DNA of 33,473 nucleotides from Vermamoeba vermiformis. Its lineage: Eukaryota. The position numbers and the translations under genes are program-made. The notes beneath the pieces are model-generated. The model was not told the DNA's origin. It did not search any database and saw only the letters and a list, made by a program, of their open reading frames with translations. The stretch is from contig JBEWZL010000077.1 in assembly GCA_045837725.1 (NCBI GenBank), forward strand, positions 744,001 to 777,473, in the 5' to 3' direction. This document shows, in pieces, positions 10,599-21,867 of the stretch. Each line of letters opens with the position of its first letter. Position 1 is the first letter of the stretch.

Positions 10599-13365
10599 TT
10601 ATGCCACTCTAGAATAACAAACTGGCCAAAGAATAGGGCACACCAGTTGAGAAAACAGCCAACTTTGAATTGCACACAAAAGTGGAGTATTGTGTACGCA
10701 CGTTATTAGGGAACACTAAGCAGCTCTCAGAAGACATTGTTTTGAAATTCCAAACCTGGCCAAAAGGTGTTGCACTGAATTGTTCTATTCCTCGTCCTGC
10801 ACCATTGAAATGGACCTGAAAATTAGATCATGTCAATTCCAGTCAATTGTTAAAGTTAATTTTGCCTGCATGCTTATAATAATGATAAAGTGATGAAAGT
10901 TGTTGGCTACATACTGGTTTTGGAATGGTCAATATGGACTTCATCATCCTCAAATCATACACACGTGACACATCAGCAGTAGCTATCATGGTGTATTCAT
11001 CAATGATGTCGACTTTGGCAAATCTGCGATTGTTTTGATCCAACTTGACCTCCCATTTTGAAGATGTCACTGTGTTCAAATCTTTGTCCATGATAATAAT
11101 ACTCTCTACATTGGTGAGGCCCACAAACAAATTATTGAATGGATTGAATTTGGCTGCCAAAATCCTTCCATGATCTACATTTACAGGAACGGTTCGTTGA
11201 TGAGCAATATCATACATCAAATCTGCCATAAAAGATATATAGTATTAGTTGCCTATATTGTGAATGAAACATGTATTACAGTACATACTTGAACTGATGA
11301 GGAATCTGTTATTGGACAAATTGAATAGGCACCTATCACCTTCAATTATACCAACATCAGCATACTTAATCTGTGTCAACTGATTGTTAATTCGATATCC
11401 AAAATGTTGATATTCACTGATAAGTAATGATGGCACTTCATAAGGACTTGAACTCAAAAATTCAACTTTTGTAGCTTCATCATTCAATTTGAAAATTTTC
11501 TGTGATCCATCTCCTAGATTCCACAATCGAAGTTTTTTGCCTTGTGTGCTGGCCAACCAGTACTCATCAATCATTCTTGGATGAAGTTGTACAGGTGAAG
11601 GTGGTGTGCGAAGTTTTTTCACAATAGCTTTGCCGTGCTTCCAATTAACGCCAGATCTGTACAGAAAAATTATCAATTAACATACTGTAAGTGCATAAAT
11701 GACAATGTCATCAAAAAACATACTTGATTCTTGGAGCAACTTTCTCATGCCAAGTCTTTTTTGTATCAGCTTCTAATTGACGGTACAACATTGGTGAATC
11801 AACTTTGACCATTTGTAGCCAATGATAATCTGTTAACATAGCATTCAATGCTTTTGAGGCTGAAAATAATCTGGCTTGATCTTCAGAGCCTAAATGTGCT
11901 GTAACCATTTCTAATAATTCTGCTGGCAGTGCTGCAATGTCAAACTGAGTGTTGCCCAAGAAAAACTTCAATTGCATTTTCTCCATTCGTTTTGCCAAAT
12001 AATCTAGCATACAATACAACGTTAGAAATGCAAACATAGTGTCCATAATCATGTTAGAACCTTCTTCAGATACAGGTTTGCCATCAAACATAAAAGATTT
12101 TAGCACTTTTTCTGGGATACCAGTGTACTTCAATTCAGATAATAATTCAGGTTTGGATTTAAGTAACTCTTTGATGGCCATAACAAAGTCTAAATTATAC
12201 ATGATAAGATTAGTATCAATCTTGAATTCAGCAAATTGTATTTTTTTACATACTCAAAGAATTGTGCAACTTTGTTGGTTCTGTCATTTTGAATTGTGTA
12301 GCAACCAGTTTTCCACCCAACATTCTGAGTAACCAATGAGTTTTGTGTTTAAAGTAACTAGTTCCTTACCTATCACCTAACATCTTAACAAGCTGTGGTA
12401 CACCAAAATACTGCATCAACCTTTCAGCATATCCTCCTAGCACAATAAGAGCGTTCTGATCCTTGATTTTCACTACAAAATAACGTTAGAATAACATTAT
12501 TATCGAATGAAATATTTTTCAGCACATCCTTTTTTCATTTGGATGGCCCCAATAATAATATGTAATTTCCGATTTCTTATAAAAATTAGATAAATTAGTT
12601 TACGTACGGTTTTCAATGCCCGGGGCTTGAACTAAATATTTCAAGCACTCTTTGCGCTCGACAACGCAAACTTCGATTGGTGACTTGTGATCAGGACCAG
12701 AAGGCTCTATTGTTAACACATTCTTTTTCAACATGTGTTCTAAGAGATGCGATCTCGAAGACCTGTTTAGAGTAGCTGATTCTACGATTGCGAGCGTTAG
12801 CATTTCGCCCTTGGAATTTCTCTCGAATGGGTCTGCGCCAAGTTTTAACAACGTAAAAAATATTTTGGGGTGTTCAAATGCACGGAATATGGATATTTTT
12901 CCGGTTTTGTAGAGATGCAGAATAGATTCGTTACGCGCTTTTTCGTTCTTTTTCTTTCTTCGAGCAATATCCTCCGCTAAATAAAAAATTAACCTTAACA
13001 ATACTAAAAATAGGAACGTACCGAAATATTTCTCCCAAGTAAAAAACTTGGAAGTTCTAGCTGCATGACAGTCCAACACATCTCGTTTCAAAATGTCCTT
13101 CCAGACTGTATCGCGATCTTCTTTCTTCGCGAGTAACGTGATAGTATTTGCAATTAATCTAGCACCCTCTAATTTGTCAATTTTAATAGCCTGCGTTAGA
13201 AAAAAGCAAAATCAGAAAATTGGTCTTGATCGGATCTTGGCTTACCGAATGCAATGAATCATGCAATAAAATAATATTTGGGGCATTGGGCATAACGATA
13301 TTGAATTTTTCTCGCAGAGCAGATACAGAATTGCAATTTATCAATTTCACTATGTTTGGATCCAT
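10599..13365 (-). CDS. Ankyrin-like N-terminus + F-box + divergent beta-propeller-like C-terminus
   Basis: The exons join in frame from ATG 13365. They include an ankyrin-like segment (LLKLGADPFERNSKGEM...SPIEVCVV..CLKYLV) and an F-box (IAALPAELLEMVTAHLGSEDQARLFSASKALNAMLTDYHW), followed by NWKHG and WD-like strands (KKLRLWNL, SRVYDLR). The exact stop is 10599 or 10609 depending on the last splice. Confidence 0.7.
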
Positions 13366-13753
13366 TCTAAAGTTTGAAACAGGCTTAATTAATATATAAA
13401 TTAATTAATGTATCATTTATTTTAAAATTATTGTAGGCAATTCCACCCGTTTTTTAGTAAAGGCAGATTTAAAAGTAGGAGTTTGACGTTTACATAGCAA
13501 TTAACTTACATTAACTTACTTCTATATTATAATATTATAGTATTGTTAAATCATAAATATGCGCTTTGTTGCGCTCTTGGGGTTGGCGAACAAAAATAAC
13601 CAAATTTTCAGTGGTTGTTACTTCTGTACCAAAACGGCTACTCATTGAATGAATTATTATTTAGTAGAATATTATACATCATACGATTAGCGCTAAATAT
13701 TACTTGAGCGCAATCGATATTACACAAGATGATGTTCATCTTAACGAAGCAGC

Positions 13754-15783
13754 TTAGTGCGAGGCCATAACAGCTTGACGAACGGATCTGTCGAACTGTT
13801 CTCGGTAATAAACAGCGTTATCTCGTTCAAATCGCTCAAGGTACTTAGATGATTCCAAAAACTCAACGGCAGCCTAATAGAAATAGCAGATCGAGTTAGA
13901 TTAACTTAAATCCATTATTAAACCAATAAATAATAAGCTTTACCTTAATTTCGTTCTCTTCTGTAGTTGCCAAGAACAAGCGCACTTGATCCAACGTCTG
14001 AAAAAAAGGTCACGAACGTTTTTGGAATGCATGTAAGCTTACAAAGGCAGGTGCAAGCGAGCGAATATATTTGGCAAAAGCATCTTCAGAGGCCGTATTT
14101 CTATAAGGACGGGCCTTAAAAACTTCGAGAACATTGCGTTGGATGTGGCTCAGTTCGCTGAACTCGATTTGAGGAGCTTCATATGACGAATTGACTGAGA
14201 TACCTATCGGACATTATAAGTACACTGTTACGGTAATATTGATAATACTTACTTCGCACTGAGTCACTCTCAGATGAGGCTTCGGAATTGTAATGAACGG
14301 ATTCGTTGACGACTTCATGAACGCTGCGGTTGTGCACATCTTCGACGACCCTTTCTTCTTCGTGCATGCTTCTGTTAACAATTTCAGCGGCATTCTCATC
14401 ACCACAAATTTCAGCGCGGATGCGATCCTCTTCAGTGCATTCTTCGTACTCAGCAGCGATGGCAGCTTGATCTGCGGCAATAGCATTGACCTGCTGACTA
14501 ACAGAGCTGTTGATAGCATCAAAGTCTGGGTCAGGATCAACAGTAGTGTTGTGCGACAGAGTGCGTGGATCTTCAGCGATCGAGGAGTTCAGTGACGCAA
14601 CTGTATCGTTAGCAGAGGGTCCTGTAGGAGTCACGGGCACATCTACTCTTTGAGCATCAATATTGAAACGGCTAGGCGAATTAGTAAGTGAAGATCGTCG
14701 TGACGAGTGACCCTTAAGATCCACATCTGCGGCGAGGGCAGAAAAGCTAGAAATTGCAACAGTATGTGATGCACCGCGAGGCAACAGAGGCGTGGTCAAT
14801 GGAGGCGATGAAATAAGCTTAGGAGGTGTATCTAAGCTCAACGAAACATTCGAAATGTTGTTATGGCTGCAGATTCGTTAGGATCCCGAAACAAGCAAGC
14901 AGTTAATGTAGCGACTTACTGTCCGTATTTAACATCCATAGGAGTCTTCAATAACGTAGTCTTGATAGGGCTAGCCAACAAATTGTCAATGCTTGGTGGC
15001 GTAGCGGGGATAGAAAGATCTGTCACGGGCACCAAGGGAGGCAATGAAGATGAAGACGAAGCCATCGAGGAAGTGGAGGTAGTGCTATAAGGGGACGAGA
15101 CTACAAATGTTAAATTAGTAAATTGAAGCAGGTTGCGGTCCGAAAAGGAAGGTTGTTTTGTCAAATAATAGCAAACAGCACAATTTTATAGCATATTTGA
15201 GCAATTCTGCTAATTACTCGTGGTACTAGCGTTATATTATCACGTACCTGTGGTTTTGAAACGAGGAGCAACAACCGATCGGCTCTTCATGTTCGGAAAC
15301 AAAGGAGTCGTCAAAAGTGGGGAAGACATTGTTGGCGTAGGAGGTGAGGGTTGTACATTGTAATTAGGAAGCACGCTCATGTGTTTGGCCTTGATGAGTG
15401 GCGTAGCAATTGGCGAAGAAAATTGAGGCGTAGATGGAGAATCGACAACTGAGCCTTTTCATAATTATAATTAATTAACAACATATTTAATGCGCAAAAA
15501 ATATGTGGAATAATTAATTTGAATTATGCTTACCCATGGAAGGAATGTTAAGATCGCTTGGCTTTAAAAAGGGAGTAGACATTGCTGGCGATACTATTTT
15601 GCTAATCGATGAAATTGATGAGTTTGCTTGGCTGGGAGTGGATTGATTGCTAATAATCTCGTCGTTGCGTGGATGATCGAAAGATGCGTTGATGTCATTA
15701 GTTGAAGTCACATAATCGACGGAATCGTTCAACAACGATAAATTAGGTGTATCAGACATATCATTAACTAACGGTGAGTCCAT
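13754..15783 (-). CDS. Hypothetical protein: long Ser/Thr/Pro-rich disordered region plus a small C-terminal globular domain, 7 exons
   Basis: In-frame GT-AG splicing of ORF pieces 15783-15534, ~15454-15249, ~15100-14920, ~14866-14253 and three short 3' exons ending AAVEFLESSKYLERFERDNAVYYREQFDRSVRQAVMASH*. Confidence 0.75.
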
Positions 15784-16262
15784 TGTGTTGCTATGATTCA
15801 AAATAAATATTTTGAATAATTTGCGCGGGAGATTGGCAAAAAACGGTTAGGTTGCATTTCAGCGTCAAATTTTCCACTACGTCGTGCGAAACACCACGCT
15901 CGTATTGTTATTTTTACAACTTGAAGCTCATTTAAACGTAAGCTTCAAACCTACCGAATATTCTTTCGGGTTCCAATACCCCAGCCGCGACCAAGAACCA
16001 AAGTTGAAGATTGGGTTGCAGTACCAAGTGAGATTCTATTACACGAAGGGGCTTGTGGGGATACGTATCTTTTAACCCGTACCTGATAATAACTCATCAA
16101 AATTTCTTTTGGATTTCGATCGAGTTGCAAAAAAAATTAATGCCGTCGTTCGATTATGTTTAAAAATTCTTTTGCATATACCTCGTAGCATAGTGAAGGG
16201 ATACGAATTTTAATTCAACACTAAATGCACAGAATAGATTTGTACAATATTTATTTGTTTAA

Positions 16263-18707
16263 ATGATGATTTGGGTAACGTTATATTTTGCCTTCGCTCT
16301 CGCTCTCCTATGCGGATTAGTCGCATTAAAGGTAAATTATTTCACTTATATCGTTGTATTTTGATTTATGCCAGCATATTGATTTAATTTTTCGGATCTA
16401 CAGAGCAGGAGAAAATTCAAATTTAGCGAAGGAGTAAAAATACCACGAGTATCAATATGGACTGCTATTAGGGTAGTTACGCAATTTTATACGGATCTAG
16501 TAAGTAAAATTGGCACGTGTCATTGTTTCAATTCTAATGTCATACTGCAGCTGTTGCCCGTTCATACAATACGCAAAGAGGGCGGCGATATAGCTTACAT
16601 CAACGTATTAAACGAGAATTTCATAGTAGTCTCGAACGCAGACATGATTCAGTCGTTTTCGCGGGATCCAGATCGGTTAATAACGAAATCTTTGCAAAGC
16701 CCCGCATTCGATGCTTTACGGGAGGTAAGCACCAAAGAGACTGCATTCGTAGCATTAACGGAAAGATTAATACACATCGTTTAAATATTGCGGCCAGCTG
16801 TTCTGTTTCATTTAAAATTCTTTTTTTCGCGTTTTACCACCTGAAAATTCATTTATTTGTGGGCATTGCACAAAAAGCTCGCGATCGCTCTATTTATATC
16901 AAAAGGCAGTGTTTTATACCGATTTTAAATCTTTGATTTAGATCTTCGGGCCGTCTGTAGTGAGTTTGGATTCGGGCATCCAACACAGGTGAGTCTTGGT
17001 GGCCACATTGTACAAATATATCGCTAACGGGTGTTATATTAATAGCCATCTTCGCCGCTATCTAGTACCGACACTAAGCGCAGGCTTGAAGCAGTACTTT
17101 GACGGCATCTCGGGCATGGTGAACAAGGTAAATTAGAAATTTACTTTCTGTGCACACGTTTCATCTAATAAACAATATTTGCTAATCTAATCTACAGTTA
17201 TTGTTCAAGTTGGACGACATTTACTCCGAGTGTACGAGCGAGAATCAGTTCGTCAATTTGAATTTTGTAATGAAACTCCTGTCTTTTGATATGTTTGGCG
17301 AGATAGCTATGAATTATGACTTTGGCGCGTTAGACACTTGCGATTTTATGGTAAGTTCGCGAAACATTTTCATTTTGAGAATTGCGATCCGCCATGTTTG
17401 GTGAACTAGATCTGACTTTGGTTATGCAGAAAGACTTTCCAGGAGATAAAACATCAACATTCCTGCTGGCTGTAGATTACTTATCGGGATATACCCGCGA
17501 TTGGGCTTTGCTCAGCTCCGTTCCACTCGTCGGATCAGTGCTTACCATTGCAGTTCGAAGAAAAATCAAGAAAGCCTTGTCAGTCATACATGCATTCTTT
17601 AACGAGATATTCGATCGAAGGCAGACTGGTAAGCAATGACGCTACCATTGCGAATCAAATTGCTGTTTCATCTGTTCAATTTCCGATCCCGAGTTCTGAT
17701 TCGGTTTTACAGAGAGTCCAAGAACTTACAAGAAGCGTCATAAGGATATTTTAGATGTACTCATCGACGCGAAGAAAGAAGGAGTAATGTTTGAGAAAGA
17801 AGACGTTGTACACCATTTGATTGCATTCATATTTTCGGGGTACGCAGCCAAAGTAGATTCCCTTCAAATTGCGCCACTAGTCTAAATTAATATCTCTATT
17901 CGATAAAAATGATACGATTGCTGATTATTATGCTTTAGGTGCCATACAGTTTCGTCATTACTGTTCTGGACTTTAGTTTCGATTTTGAAAAACAAAGAAG
18001 TTGAAGAAAAGATTCTTAAAGAGCTAACGCATGCTATGGGTCCTAGTGGCGTCGATGTAGAGTACCAGCACTTGGATAAGATGACTTACATGAACTTGGT
18101 GCTGATGGAGACTATGAGGTTATACCCGCAATATCCAGTCGTTACACGGCAAGCCATTGATGACTGCATAGTTAATGGCTATCAATTTCCGCGAGGGGTA
18201 CGAGTTATTACCAATCTACGTGTTATCTAAACCTAAGACTAACTGGTTGCAAATAGACGCACGTGCTAATCAACTGTTACTCGCTGCATCGAGATCCGAA
18301 GTACTGGACGAAGCCGGAGGAGTTCAATCCTGACCTTCATTTCGCAGAAGATGGTACTCGACATCCATATGCATACTTGCCTTATTCGTTTGGAGATAGG
18401 TGCGTACTACCAGATCCCTAGATCTCTCAAATAACTTGCGTTCAAACTCGTTAATGATACTCTATACCTACATACAAAGGTTACTCTTTATATTTGTTAA
18501 TTTATTTTCTGCAGAAAATGTCTTGGAGAGCATCTGTCAAAATTTCAAACCAAGATCGCGTTGAGCATGTTGCTGCGGAACTTCAAGGTTGAATTTAAAG
18601 ACCCACGACAAGAACTGACTCCCATCGTGCATTCAGTATTAATGGATGTTAAAGAAGATGTCATGGTTCGATTCGTACCGAGGCTCGAACACAGCGAAGA
18701 GGGCTGA
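16263..18707 (+). CDS. Cytochrome P450 with atypical motifs and an N-terminal membrane anchor
   Basis: Hydrophobic N-terminus MMIWVTLYFAFALALLCGLVAL, I-helix FIFSG|CHTV, ETMRLYP, LHRDPKYW, FNPDLHF and heme motif PYSFGDR|KCLG. All exons are in frame. TGA at 18705-18707. Confidence 0.93.
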
Positions 18708-18881
18708 CTATGATGCCTTATAGGGCTTCTGCGTTCAAGTACTGTTTTTATTATGTTAATATGATATTATTATTATGTTGTAAATTGTAAATAAGCTTGT
18801 ACAGCGATAAATGAACTTGAAATTAAAATTGTGAGTTCAATTTGCATAATCAATGACGGTAGACCACTAAAGAAGGAAATT

Positions 18882-19674
18882 ATGTCACTATATAAAAGAG
18901 TGGTCAATAAGATATCGGCAATAGACAGCGATACTGTCTTTAGAGGGATCTCTGGATTGGCGCTCGGATTGGGTGCAGCTTGCAGCGTTTTGGCGATTAA
19001 AAATTACTACAGATATAAAAAATTAAGGAGAGGCATTAAGTAAGTAAAAACGGTGTCTTAATAGTCGTAGAATTAAATACTTAATTTTTCTTTATTTTTT
19101 TGCACGTGACGTAATTTTAATAATTAATCTTGCAGAAAAGAAGCTACAGTTATTGAAATACGACAAGGACATAAGGACCATTATGTTATTCCAGTACTAC
19201 AGTTCAAGACGGCGAGAAATGAAGAGGTGATCTGTCTACTAACTTTCGATTATCACATTTTGCTTAATAAGCTCCTTTAATATTATATATTAATAATTTT
19301 AATGATTTTTTCGGCATTCATAGACTAAAATAGTTCAATACTTCACAGATCACGGTGATTGGCGAATGGAATACTGCAGGCCTAGCATTAAATGACAAAA
19401 TTATGATATCATACGACCCCAATAATCCAAGTAATTTCATTGAAGTGCGAGAATTGCATAAAAGATCTTTTTTACGAGCCCTGTGTAAGTTTCCAAGTTT
19501 TATCAGATCTTGCCGCTCTGTGGGTTGATAATATGTTTTATAGGGATATTTAGTGCAATGCTAATCGGGTGCGGCACATTAGGCCTATTAAAATACTCTC
19601 CTAATGCCAGCGAAACCCTCCATCTGATCAACGATCGTGTTCCTCGTCTTCCATTGCTAGCTTTTCGGAAGTGA
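18882..19674 (+). CDS. Small two-TM membrane protein, DUF3592-like, 4 exons
   Basis: TM helix, then KEATVIEIRQ..YVIPVLQFKT...ITVIG...LALNDKIMISYDPNNPS, then a second TM helix (GIFSAMLIGCGTLGLL). This TM / beta domain with YDPxxP / TM layout is the DUF3592 pattern, recognised by eye. Confidence 0.7.
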
Positions 19675-19820
19675 CGGATAACATTGTAATATATTCATTC
19701 GTATAAATGAAAATTGAAGTTTGAGCGATGTAAGAGTTTTTTTAGCCTGTTGACCTAGTCTGAGTTAGTGCGCGAAAGAAACATTCTTTTAATATTATTG
19801 TCGCGAGCAACAACCATGCA

Positions 19821-21827
19821 ATGAATACTTTACTCAAGCTTTTGCTATTCGTATGCTGCTTAGCGGTGCTGTATCCACAAGTCTCGAGTGACGTGGTAGA
19901 TTTGACGACTGCCAATTTTGACGAATTTATAAAAAACCAAACGCGACCTACTTACGTCATATTCTACTCTCCATGTAATTTTCTGCTATTATTTTAATTT
20001 TTGTAAATTTTCTAACAAAAATTTTGTCAGGGAGTCGGATTAGCAATAGAATTTTGTCTGTATTCTCGGCGCTTGAGGATCTGAACAGTAAGCATACGCT
20101 ATAATAGAGAGCTATTATTGATATTTTATTACAGTTACCCTTGCCCGGGTCAACATTATTGAAGAGAAAGCACTTTACGAATCTCAATTTTTAGCAGAAA
20201 CTCCAACTTGTAAATTATTCCGGTGCGTATGTAATATATTCCATATGTTATTTTAACTCTATTCTTAGCAAAGGACAATCTGAAATGTACGCTGGAGAGT
20301 ACTCGATCGACTCGATGGCTTGGTGGATTCAGGAGTAAGCTTACTGAGCAACTTTTGTGCTTAAATACTGACGTATTTTCTTAGAAAAATTAACGGATCC
20401 AAACATATGATCCATTTACAAGACTTTGAGCAGTTACAGAAGTTGAAAAACCTGCACGAAGTCGTCATTGTCGGAAATTTCGTTAGTAACGCTACAAAAG
20501 GTAATTTGCAACGAGAATACCTTGCATTAATTGTACCTATATAATTATAATTGACGTAGTCTTACTAAATGTAATCTATAATGCAGAATTTGAAACTTTT
20601 TCGGCGATGCCACCGCTATTTTTGGACAGCCACATTGTATTTGCAGCTACGTTCAATAATTCCATTCTTACCAAAAATGGAAATATCTCCGAGTTATGGC
20701 TCAATGAAACAACGACCAGCTCTATAATGATCATGAATCAAAAGTCCAATTTTTCGGTGACGTCATATCCCGGCTCTAAAAATATCACCGTGGTGGCTCT
20801 CAAACGCTGGATCAGAAAGAATTCAATTCAAGCCGTCAAATGGATAGCATTTTCAGAGGCTAAGGCGTTCTTGGAGAAAAGGCCCGTATTGATTTTGTTC
20901 ATGAACCCACCTTTGCCGTACCAATACAAACCCAACACGATAATACAGCCCAAAGCTATCACAGCGTTAGGTGGATTAAACTCATCGCATCAAATTCCAC
21001 CTGAGCGAATTGACGCTTTGCACTCGTTTTACTCTGTCGCGCACGATTACAGTAGCAAACTTAATTTCGGACTAATGGACGCGTAAGTGATATATTAAAC
21101 CATCACTATAATAGGGAGTTAGTTATTAACGTTTACTTATTGCAGGAGGCGATCGGAATATTTCAAAGATTCGTTGGGGGCAAAAGATCCGTCGGAGATT
21201 TCATTCGTGTTTTTAGATCTGACCAAGAAACACAACAAAGTGTTCACTGGTGACATTACCGAAGAAAATTTAGCAACGTTTATCGACGAGCAGTTGAAGG
21301 TCAATGGTACAACGGTGACAAAATCTCTGCCCGAAGTCAAAGTGAAAAATACTCAAAGCAAGTTGTCACCCGAAGAACTTGCTGCACTATACAAGTAAGA
21401 AGCGAGTCTCGTATACTATAACAGAGACTAATATATTGATTTATTAGAGCATCTGATGAGCCGTCCATAGTGCTTATAACCCTCCGATGTGAGTACATTG
21501 TTACTGCGCCGAAGAAACGTTGTATTAACTTTGCATAGGGTGCGCGTATTGTAAGAGAATATGGCCATTGTTTTGGAGTTTAGCGGAGGATGAGGGGTTG
21601 ACACGTGTCAACTTTAGATACTTTGACTTGTCGCAAGACGAGCTGCCGTTAAAGTACGTAATTCGTCGCGAACTTTTTTCATCTTTATTAACGCATATTT
21701 AAGTCTACGACATATTGAGGCATTTCCTGCAATGCTTGCGTTTAGCCCAGGTCAGGAACCGAAAATTTTGCCAGTCACCTCCTATGACAAGGCAGACTTG
21801 GCTGCTTTATTGCACGAATCCTTTTAG
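19821..21827 (+). CDS. Protein disulfide isomerase/thioredoxin-family protein with signal peptide
   Basis: Signal peptide, then SDVVDLTTANFDEFI...VIFYSP|WSRIS (degenerate a domain), b-like domains, and a C-terminal domain with WCAYCK and the cis-Pro loop AFP. Ends LLHESF*. Confidence 0.85.
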
Positions 21828-21867
21828 AGTACGAAGTACGTATTTGTGTAAATGTCTTAATTGTAAT

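Noticed and set aside
14214-15090. Overlapping and antisense ORFs here and at 12039, 22922, 23593, 23911, 27912, 30036 and 32683
   Set aside because: They are shadow frames of real exons and lack independent coding features.
47-18707. The two P450s plus transporter as a biosynthetic gene cluster
   Set aside because: The P450s are dissimilar, ~14 kb apart and separated by housekeeping genes, and no backbone synthase is present.
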